From: Macrostomum hystrix
Taxonomy: Eukaryota > Animalia > Platyhelminthes
Assembly: GCA_950097015.1 (NCBI GenBank)
Contig: CATNEN010000039.1
Coordinates: 15,066,001-15,130,000, forward strand
Direction: 5' to 3'
DNA: 64,000 nt
In this document: positions 53,001 through 62,709 of the stretch, piece by piece
Layout: each line of letters starts with the position of its first letter
How positions within the stretch are numbered: position 1 is the stretch's first letter
Notes under the pieces: model-generated
The model's input: only the letters and a program-made list of their open reading frames with translations
Databases searched by the model: none
What the model was told of the DNA's origin: nothing
Position numbers and translations under genes: made by a program

Positions 53001-56000
53001 AGCCTCATTGCTACTGAACTCTCAACCCAATGACCCAACCACTGCAGCCTCATTGCTACTGAACTCTCAACCCAATGACCCAACCACTGCAGCCTCATGG
53101 CTACTGAACTCTCAACCCAAGGACCCAACCACTGCAGCCTCATGGCTACTGAACTCTCAACCCAATGACCCAACCACTGCAGCCTCATTGCTACTGAACT
53201 CTCAACCCAAGGACCTAGAAATGAACTTTTTTTATTTAATATTTGGTTTACATGCTTTGATAATCATTATTTCTTTGGTAAATTTTTACCTAATCTAAAT
53301 TTTTTACTCTCTTTTACTTTTTGCTTTGTAAAACACTACTAACACAGGGCAGCAAGGAGCAGCTGCAGGATACTTGGGTTGAGGAGGACCACTTGGACAA
53401 GGAGTCTTTCAATCCGAAAACATTTTTCCTGCTTCACGGTAGGTATTACATTCTGAACAGTTTGTCAATTGGACCGGTTTGATAATCTGCATCTGCAACG
53501 ATTTTTTAACTAAGCTACTATTAGTAGGCCTTCGCGATTACAGTGCTTCTATTGAATTACGATTCTTATTTACCCGCAGATGTGAACGGAGACGGTCACC
53601 TGGATGTTAACGAGATTGAGGCTTTGTTTTTAAAAGAGGTTCGCACACAATTGCTATGGTTTTTGTGCTTTAGCATGGATTAGCTTCTGTAGCTCTATTG
53701 TTTTTTATTCTATCCATCTGTTTATCTACACTGACCCCATCCTGTCCTCCAGTGTGTCTGCATTGACCCCATTCTGTCCTCCAGTGTGTCTGCATTGACC
53801 CCATCCTGTCCTCCAGTGTGTCTACCCTGACCCCATCCTGTCCATCAGTTTGTTAATATTGACCCCATCCTGTCCATCAGTGTGTCTACATTGACCCCAT
53901 CCTGTCCTCCAGTGTGTCTACCCTGACCCCATCCTGTCCTCCAGTGTGTCTACCCTGACCCCATCCCGTCCATCAGTTTGTTAATATTGACCTCATCCTG
54001 TCCTCCAGTGTGTCTACCCTGACCCCATCCTGTCCTCCAGTGTGTCTGCATTGACCCCATCCTGTCCTCCAGTGTGTCTGCATTGACCCCATCCTGTCCA
54101 TCAGTGTGTCTACATTGACCTCATCCTGTCCTCCAGTGTGTCTACCCTGACCCCATCCTGTCCTCCAGTGTGTCTACACTGACCCCATCCTGTCCTCCAG
54201 TGTGTCTGCATTGACCCCATCCTGTCCTCCAGTGTGTCTGCATTGACCTCATCCTGTCCTCCAGTGTGTCTGCATTGACCCCATCCTGTCCTCCAGTGTG
54301 TCTGCATTGACCCCATCCTATCCTCCAGTGTTTCTACATTGACCCCACCCTATCCATCAGTGTGTCTACACTGACCCCATCCTGTCCATCAGTGTGTCTA
54401 CCCTGACCCCATCCTGTCCTCCAGTGTGTCTGCATTGACCCCATCCTGTCCTCCAGTGTGTCTGCATTGACCTCATCCTGTCCTCCAGTGTGTCTGCATT
54501 GACCCCATCCTGTCCTCCAGTGTGTCTGCATTGACCCCATCCTATCCTCCAGTGTTTCTACATTGACCCCACCCTATCCATCAGTGTGTCTACACTGACC
54601 CCATCCTGTCCTCCAGTGTGTCTACCCTGACCCCATCCTGTCCATCAGTGTGTCTACACTGACCCCATCCTGTCCATCAGTGTGTCTACCCTGACCCCAT
54701 CCTGTCCTCCAGTGTGTCTACACTGACCCCATTCTGTCCTCCGGTGTGTCTACACTGACCCCATCCTGTCCTCCGGTGTGTCTACACTGACCCCATCCTG
54801 TCCTCCGGTGTGTCTACACTGACCCCATCCTGTCCTCCGGTGTGTCTGCACTGACCCCATCCTGTCCTCCGGTGTGTCTACACTGACCCCATCCTGTCCT
54901 CCGGTGTGTCCACACTAACCCCATCCTGTCCTCCGGTGTGTCCACACTGACCCCATCCTGTCCATCAGTGTGTCCACACTGACCCCATCCTGTCCTATCC
55001 TGACCCCTACAATTCGTAAATTGGTACCCTCCTACCGAATCAATTTGTTATTTTTTCATTTAAATTTGCTTTATAGTTAACTGGATGACCCTGACTAACT
55101 AATTGAAAGTGAGTTTCGAGATACACTGAGCTAATTGCAGTTGCAGGTGCTTCACAATAGCAGTAGCGGTGCTGTCTGGTAACTTGCAAATTTAGACATT
55201 TAGTAGTTTTGTATATATAGTGATTAGATGGAATTGGTAAAAAATGCAACCTATCAGTAGTTTCTTCTTCAAATACACGTTACATGCTACTATAAGTAAG
55301 CAATCTAAATAAAAGCCTGTCATAAACTGCTTCTGTTTAGCTTACAAGTTAAAAGATGCATTGCAATTGACGATTTGAAATTAAAATATATTAAAATTTC
55401 ATTTGTATTCGCAGTTGGAGAAGGTATATAATCGGACTAACGATACGACCGTGTCTGCTTTTGAAAAACAACACGAAATGGAGCGAATGCGTCAGGAGGT
55501 CCTTGACAAGGTGGACACCAACAGGGACATGATGATCAGCTGGGAGGAATTCGAGCGATGGACCAAGAACCCGGAGTTTAAGAAGGACGAGGATTGGAAG
55601 GTAGCTAGTTGTGGTCTTTGATAACAATTCCCCCTTCCTGTGTTCCAGTGGGATGTCACTGACCTCCCTTCCTGTGTTCGAGTGGGATGTCACTGACCTC
55701 CCTTCCTGTGTTCAAGTGGGATGTCACTGACCTCCCTTCCTGTGTTCCAGTGGGATGTCACTGACCTCCCTTCCTGTGTTCCACTGGGATTTCAATGCCC
55801 TATTTAAAAATGGCTATCGTTCAATACTGACACATTGCTGACCAAATTCCCGCATCGCAGACTTCCGAGGAGGATGATGCGGCCCCATACAAAGATGACG
55901 AATTCAAACAGTTCGAAGATGACTACGATCGCGAACACCCGGATGATGATGACGACGTGAGTAACAGCAGAATCATGTCCTTCCTGTTGTTAATTCAACA

Positions 56001-56791
56001 TGTTTTTGAACTAATACTCCGTAAAAACTCACAACTATAAACTAATTCAGTGGATCAATTATTTCTACTTGTTCACCCAAGCCTTATGTGTTACCTTTTA
56101 CCTCTGACTATATATCGTACACGCATAGTTGTTTGTTTAAAATAACTGTTAAAATTAAAATCGAAAAAAATCACGACAAACCCGGAAAACTTACGTCAAA
56201 CCCGGAAATATTACGACAAAAGCGCTAAAATTGCAACAAACCAAACAGCGCAATATGAACCCGTGCAACGCGTAAAACATCTCGTTGTCTAAAGTTTTAA
56301 TGAACTGTCGTTATGAAAATTATATATTGTTCCAGCGTGGCAGTCGTCACGACAGAGACAAAGACGATCACGATAGTCGCGAACACGACGACAGGCCGTC
56401 TGATCATCACGATAAAACACCTGAGCATCACGACGAGGCTCCTGAACACCACGATAAGGCTCCTGAACACCACGATAAGGCTCCTGAACACCACGATAAG
56501 GCTCCTGAACACCACGATAAGGCTCCTGAACACCACGATAAGGCTCCTGAACACCACGATAAGGCTCCTGAACACCACGATAAGGCTCCTGAACACCACG
56601 ATAAGGCTCCTGAACACCACGATAAGGCTCCTGAACACCACGATAAGGCTCCTGAACACCACGATAAGGCTCCTGAACACCACGATAAGGCTCCTGAACA
56701 CCACGATAAGGCTCCTGAACACCACGAAGCTGCCAGTCCTCAGCATCACGACGATGTTTCTGCTTCGCATACAGCCGGAGGCCACAAATAA
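47047..56791 (+). CDS. NUCB2: Nucleobindin (NUCB1/NUCB2 family, Golgi/secreted EF-hand protein) with alternative exons and a His-rich tail, ~530 aa
   Basis: Exons: 47047-47178 (signal peptide MHWQSTLLVVAIVLSCLTGCFA), 47818-47937 and/or 48157-48249, 49224-49535 (LEFVDHEVRSRLDEIKR..HLDHENPHSFEASDLEKLI), 50189-50338 (YKQYEMMKDH..KVHHP), 51266-51353 or 53348-53438, 53580-53638 (EF1 DVNGDGHLDVNE), 55415-55600 (EF2 DTNRDMMISWEE), 55861-55956, 56336-56791. The symbol is nominal, since invertebrate nucleobindins are expected to be co-orthologous to NUCB1 and NUCB2. Confidence 0.9.
47818..47937 (+). CDS. Nucleobindin alternative exon A1 (KTYTPDDYKKYVEEVLSHLHTDKHFKSEWEKFKNSTHKMS)
   Basis: Flanked by TACAG and GTATGT, 120 nt, phase 0/0. 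It resembles the nesfatin-region helix Y..YL..V...LETDKHF of NUCB2. Confidence 0.75.
48157..48249 (+). CDS. Nucleobindin alternative exon A2 (ANLPYSTYIKEVAQILESDKVFARRIQNMSE)
   Basis: Flanked by ATCAG and GTTTGT, 93 nt, phase 0/0. It is paralogous to A1 and matches the same NUCB segment. Confidence 0.75.
48836..49135. repeat. Degenerate ~20-bp repeat (GAGATTGAGTAGGGAGTTCA)
   Basis: Tandem periodicity read directly. Confidence 0.8.
49606..50000. repeat. Purine-rich ~25-40 bp repeat (GACAGAATGACAAGATGAGACTAGGAA)
   Basis: Tandem periodicity read directly. Confidence 0.85.
50623..51009. repeat. 20-bp minisatellite (ACTGACATCCCTACTGACCC) with an 81-bp higher-order unit
   Basis: Tandem periodicity read directly. 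Confidence 0.92.
51266..51353 (+). CDS. Nucleobindin mutually exclusive exon B1 (GSLAQLTDLWTNQDGLSQDFDAKTFFNLH)
   Basis: Flanked by TACAG and GTAATT, 88 nt, phase 0/1. It matches NUCB [30 protein letters not shown]. Confidence 0.85.
51550..53215. repeat. 45-bp minisatellite, ~37 units, between NUCB exons B1 and B2
   Basis: Unit CCAACCACTGCAGCCTCATGGCTACTGAACTCTCAACCCAATGAC. Confidence 0.97.
53348..53438 (+). CDS. Nucleobindin mutually exclusive exon B2 (GSKEQLQDTWVEEDHLDKESFNPKTFFLLH)
   Basis: Flanked by CACAG and GTAGGT, 91 nt, phase 0/1. It is a paralogue of B1. Confidence 0.88.
53724..54995. repeat. 32-bp minisatellite (TGACCCCATCCTGTCCTCCAGTGTGTCTACAC)
   Basis: Tandem periodicity read directly. 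Confidence 0.95.
55632..55790. repeat. 34-bp short array (CCCTTCCTGTGTTCCAGTGGGATGTCACTGACCT)
   Basis: About 4.5 units read directly. Confidence 0.9.
56411..56724 (+). repeat. Coding 21-bp minisatellite encoding (DKAPEHH) x ~15
   Basis: Lies within the NUCB terminal exon, in frame. Confidence 0.9.
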
Positions 56792-57396
56792 TAAAATTAG
56801 AAGATTCTAAGAAATATCGCCAGTAAAAATAGTTTTAACTTCGTTGTTGGTGTCTAGTGTTTTTCATCCAAAATACTCGTAATTATATCAAAAAAGCATT
56901 ACGGGATTAAAACGCGCTGCATACTACTGATCCAGTTCAAGATCTTCGTCTCAATCTAAATTAAAACCTAGTAAGCAGAGTGTGCAGCTAATACGTGTTT
57001 TAAATATGATTTCCTTCTTTCCTCTTGCTATACTTCTGCTAAAGGTGATTTTATGGGTATAGAATCATCCTTTTTGTTCGTTTGTTTTACTTTTGTTACT
57101 TTTCCTATAAATTTCAGGTAAGTATTCCGCTAATATACTTTTAAAGGCCAGTCATTCAGAACTACGACATGTACTTAACAAACTACTTATGTTAATTAGC
57201 AAATTTGCTATTTATACTACTTATAGTAACGTAAGTAGGATAATAAACATGCAGATATTTTCTTAATTTTCTCAAACCCCCTTTTCACTTATTTCAGCAC
57301 CCGATGTCGCCTCCGCGCGATGACTGAGAGTTTTTCGACTGAACTAAACTGCTTTTTGAACTCCTGTCCCTTCAATACTCCACCCGCTGCAACTGG

Positions 57397-57414
57397 ATTG
57401 GCCAGCCTATAAAA
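57397..57414 (+). promoter_or_regulatory. Putative core promoter: inverted CCAAT (57397-57401) plus TATAAAA (57408-57414)
   Basis: The motifs are read directly from the sequence. They lie upstream of a structured region and of SEC13. Confidence 0.35.
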
Positions 57415-58773
57415 ATTCTGTTCTTGTCAGCATCTGCTTATTTTAATAGTGTATTTCATTATCCTTGTTTTAGTAGAATTCATACTCCCGCTAAAACAAT
57501 AGGGATGTTTCTTTGGGTGATTTCAGTTGGAATCTGCGGTGTTTCCAGAAAAAGAAACAGCCGAACGCTGGAAACATACCAATCGGATGATTCCATACTT
57601 AGAATCTACCCAACTGGGCGTTTTCTCGGTGCTTCTTGGTGGCGAAATTGAATCACCCAAAGAACCCTCCAGTTCGGAAGATTCCATGCTCAGAAACCGC
57701 CGAGGAATCGCCCGTTAATAATTCTCTGGTTGTCCCATGGGCCACTGGTTCGGGTGATTCTTCGGCGGTTTCCGCACAATTTACGGTTACATCGGCTGCT
57801 AAACCTGGGTGGTTTCTTTAACTCTTGCGAGATAGGGGGGATTTTGGTAGATTCCACTCCTATTTTGCACAATAAAACCCGCCGAAGAAGCAGCCGAATT
57901 TTTTACAGGGCTACTATTGATTAGCTAGCGTAACGCATGGCTGTTCTATTGCTTATCCAATATTGATAAACAGTGAACCTTCTTGTAAACAAAGGTGAGA
58001 ATTATTTTTATTTTAAAGCTGCTGTTGTGCTTTTGTAATATTGGTATGAACAAATGCTTTATGCCGTGAAAAACTGTGCAACTATATCTGATTGACATAC
58101 CCCAAGTAATCTTAAGTAGTTTAATAAGTTTAATTTTATTCAAGTCAACTTCTACGGTTTTATCACATTTTCTTCACATGGTGAATTGCTAATTTTTATT
58201 TCTGACGGATTTGTTTTATTTCTTGAGATATCCCCAATACCTGGTTTTATTATTGCTTGACTAATTGAGCAAATTTCTTTTATTCAAATCACACCGGGTG
58301 CTTCTCAAATTAGTAAAATTAAAACAATTTTTTGTTTAATCTCTCTCTCTCTCGCTTTATTCCGCTTCAATACGTCTTCGCTTCGCAAATGTGCTTTGCA
58401 GAAATGACCATTAATGTGACAATAGAAACAAAGAAAATCTTTTGAGTGATAACAAATAAATCGACAGCCGAATTATTCGCTATTGTGATGTGTTGTTGTG
58501 TGTGACTTCAAATCGATTTTATTTATTTTTTTTCTTTCGGGCAAAACTTTTATAAACTATGAAGTTATCTACTTACTCAAGTAGGATATTTAGCATCGTT
58601 GAATCAGAAATCATTAAAAATATTAATGGCTGTCATGGGTTCGAAACCGCCATGGTCCTAGAATTTTTGTAAAATTTTTGCTTTATACGCACCGCTTCTA
58701 CTATTAGTAGTTTAATATCTATTTTGAATGTTTTTTTCAGCTGAAGGCAGCCATTTGAATTAAGCAATTAATC

Positions 58774-61515
58774 ATGGTTTCTGTAATGCAAACTGTTGAC
58801 ACTGCGCACGATGATATGATTCACGACGCCCAGTTGGATTACTACGGCACCCGCCTGGCTACCTGTTCCTCCGATAAAACCATTCGAGTTTTCGATGTAC
58901 GCAATCGTGCCCAATCGTTGCTGTGCACTTTAACTAGGCACGAGGGCCCCGTGTGGCAGGTAGCCTGGTCTCATCCGGTTCATGGCTCCCTGCTGGCTTC
59001 GTGTAGCTACGATCGGCGAGTCCTAGTTTGGCGCGAGACCGCCGCGACGGCTCCGCAGTCTCAGCTGCATCAGCAGCGCCTAATGCAACAGCAGCAGCAG
59101 CAGTGGGAGGTGATCTATGAGCACAGTCAGCACGAGAGTAGCGTCAATTCTGTGGCCTGGGCGCCGCACGAATATGGCCTGATGTTCGCCTGCGCTTCCT
59201 CTGATGGCAACATCTCCGTAGTGACCTGCGGTCAGGTAACTTTTTTCGAGATTTGAAAATTTCACCCGATATGTATCGAAAAATATCAATGTCAATTTAT
59301 AGCCTGTTTAACGCAATAACTTAATGAATACAGAATATACGATGAATGAATAGATTTTTTCTATGAATTTTAAACCTGCGTTAAAAACAAGCCGATTCGA
59401 ATTTTGCCTATATGTATCGAAAACCAATAATGTGTGTAAAAAAAGAAAAAATTTAAGTAATTTTTACCGCCGATATGTATAGAAAAACGTAACATTTATG
59501 TATTTCGAATATATAAATTGCAACATGCCTTTAAATCAAGAACCGTGCCTAATAGTTGAAATGATAAATCACATTCAGGATGGCAATTGGGAGACTTCGA
59601 AGATCCCCAACGCGCACACCATCGGCGTCAACGCCGTCAGCTGGGCGCCGGCCACCCAGCCGAGCTCCCTGCTGTGCACTCCGATGACCGCCAACTCCGC
59701 CGACGAAGCTAGCGGCCGCGGCTCGTCTGGCGCCTCCAGCATCGCCGCTCGCCGACTTGTGTCAGGAGGATGTGATGGACAGGTGGCGTGTTACTTTTGT
59801 ATCACTATTAGAGCCTTAAAGATCATTCGACTCCAATAAAATATAATTTAAGTTCCTCCGATTCACTCTAAAGTCCTAAAAGTACATAGAGTTCCCTCCC
59901 AAATCTCTAAAGTACATTCTGATCCCTTCCAAATCCCAAAGTAACATATTCACTCCCAGATCACTAAAGTACATTCTGATCCCTCACAAATCCCTAAAGT
60001 AACATATTCACTCCCAGATCACTAAAGTACATTCTGATCTCCCACAAATCCTCCAAATAACATTGACTGCCAGATCCCTAAAGACTTTTAAGTACCTTCC
60101 AATTCCCAAAATACATATTCACTCCCAGATCCCTAAAGTACATTCTGATCCCTCACAAATCCCCCAAATAGCATTCACTCCCAGATTCCTAAAGTACATT
60201 CTGATCCCTCACAAATCCCCCAAATAGCATTCACTCTCAGAACCCTAAAGTACATTCTGATCCCTCACAAATCCCCCAAATAGCATTCACTCCCAGATTC
60301 CTAAAGTACATTCTGATCCCTCACAAATCCCCCAAATAGCATTCACTCTCAGATCCCTAAAGTACATTCTGATCCCTCCTAAATCCCCCAAATAGCATTC
60401 ACTCTCAGATCCCTAAAGTACATTCTGATCCCTCCTAAATCCCCAAAGTACCATATTCACTCTCAGATCCCCAAGGTACACCTTCCCCTCTCTAAAATCC
60501 CTAAAGTGCATGTTGATCCCTTCCAGATCCTTATCCCAGATTCAACTATTCTTTCCTTTTATCCCTAACATTCGCCGTATTAAAATCCAATTCTATTCTC
60601 CGTGCGCTCGGATTTATTGCAGGTGCGAATTTGGCGCCTCGAACCGGACGGAGCCCAGTGGGTCCGGGAGAGCACACTCGAGGGCCACTCAGACTGGGTT
60701 CGCGACGTAGCCTGGGCGCCAAACCTCGGATTGTCCAGGGACATGATCGCCAGCTGCGGACAGGTAAGCTATTTTTCATTGAATAACTGTCTAGAAATCG
60801 CCGTTTTCCCGGTGAAATCTACGATTTTCTGTCAGATCGAAACACCGATTTTCTCATCTTGTCATATTAGATCGCCGATTTTGTCTGAAATCTCGGAAAG
60901 GATCGCCGATTTTCTCATCCTGTCAGATTGGATCGCCGATTTTCTCATCCTGTCAGATTGGATCGCCAATTTTCTCATCCTGTCAGATTGGATCGCCGAT
61001 TTTCTCATCCTGTCAGATTGGATCGCCGATTTTCTCATCCTGTCAGATTGGATCGCCGATTTTCTCATCCTGTCTGTCAGATTGGATCGCCGATTTTCTC
61101 ATCCTGTCTGTCAGATTGGATCGCCGATTTTCTCATCCTGTCAGATTGGATCGCCGATTTTCTCATCCTGTCTGTCAGATTGGATCGCCGATTTTCTCAT
61201 CCTGTCTGTCAGATTGGATCGCCGATTTTCTCATCCTGTCAGATTGGATCGCCGATTTTCTCATAATTTGCCACCTCCGCCACTGTCTATGTCCAGGACT
61301 GCCGAGTGATGATCTGGACCCGTCGCGAGGAGGACGCCTCCTGGAGCTCCGTCACCCTGCCGCCGTTCCCGGACGTGCTCTGGCACGTCAGCTGGAGCGT
61401 CACTGGCAACCTCCTGGCCGTTAGCAGCGGCGACAACAAAGTCAGCCTGTGGAAGGAGAGCCTGGACGGCCAGTGGATCTGCCTGAATGCGGCAGGCAGC
61501 GCCGATGAGCAGTGA
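58774..61515 (+). CDS. SEC13: Protein transport protein SEC13 (COPII/nucleoporin WD40), ~341 aa
   Basis: Exons are 58774-59235, 59579-59782, 60623-60763 and 61297-61515, all phase 0. Diagnostic motifs: [75 protein letters not shown]. Confidence 0.96.
59870..60510. repeat. ~58-bp dimeric minisatellite in a SEC13 intron
   Basis: Unit approximately CCCTAAAGTACATTCTGATCCCTCACAAATCCCCCAAATAGCATTCACTCTCAGAT. Confidence 0.85.
60890..61264. repeat. 30/34-bp minisatellite in a SEC13 intron (GATCGCCGATTTTCTCATCCTGTCAGATTG)
   Basis: Tandem periodicity read directly. Confidence 0.93.
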
Positions 61516-61870
61516 CAAGCTCAGCACTATTTTAGCTTAATTGATTTGATAAAACAGTCTATTCATATTATAACAGGATTGACTATTTGTTTATTTGCGT
61601 TTAAAAATATTTTCACTTTTATCTAAATCTGATTGTTTCAAAGAACTATCATTATTTAGGCCTCTTAAGAGATATATCCTGCAGCAACCATATAATTTTA
61701 TTTAAAAAATCCCTCAAGTGTTTAGATAACCTGTCTTAAACAATTCCCTTGATTGATTGTTGAAATATTGTGTGATAATTCCCAATAGAATGTGGAAGTA
61801 TCCGTTTAGGAAATCCCCCTATTTAATGTCACAGATACCCCTTAAGATAATTTGTCAAGAAAATCCCCTT

Positions 61871-62270
61871 TTGAATGTTGGGATAATTTGTCTAGAAAAA
61901 TCCCCTAATGAATGTAGGGATAATCTGTCTAGAAAAATCCCCTAATGAATGTTGGGACAATATGTCTAGAAAAATCCTCTAATGAATGTAGGGACAATCT
62001 GTCTAGAAAAATCCCCTAATGAATGTTGGGACAATCTGTCTAGAAAAATCCTCTAATGAATGTTGGGACAATATGTCTAGAAAAATCCTCTAATGAATGT
62101 TGGGACAATCTGTCTAGAAAAATCCTCTAATGAATGTTGGGACAATATGTCTAGAAAAATCCTCTAATGAATGTTGGGATAATATGTCTAGAAAAATCCC
62201 CTAATGAATGTTGGGATAATCTGTCTAGAAAAATCCTCTAATGAATGTTGGGATAATCTGTCTAGAAAAT
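61871..62270. repeat. 37-bp minisatellite (TCTAGAAAAATCCTCTAATGAATGTTGGGACAATCTG)
   Basis: Tandem periodicity read directly. Confidence 0.92.
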
Positions 62271-62709
62271 TCCCAGTAGTTATACAACAAGGTACAGTTA
62301 CCTCTTACCTTCTTGTAGCTGTCTTTAACTAAAGTATCCTAATAGAATATCGCCAATAGTTATTTATAGTCCATGTGTTCTGGCCTTCTCGCTTTTGCTT
62401 TACAAAATTTTATTTTTAAGTCGGGTTCCGGTTATGTCTTCACTAATCCCTTGTTTGCTTACGTATTTATTAATGGATTGAGATCAGTTTCGTTGTCTCG
62501 ATCAGCAATGTTCAGTTTCTATCTGATAATAATTCTTAAATCGTTCATTGATAAACATGCTGATTGATTTGCTAGTAGCTTTGCCGAGAAATTTAGTATC
62601 AATATGGTAAAATAATATAAAATTTTCTGCCTGCTGTTTTACTAATTGTTTCGGCTCTGAGCAAACTTACTTGATCCGCGTTTTATGACTACGTTTAATT
62701 GGTCCGTTC

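Noticed and set aside
51530-53298. 552/583-aa repeat ORFs
   Set aside because: This is a 45-bp array within a nucleobindin intron, with no usable donor or credible start.
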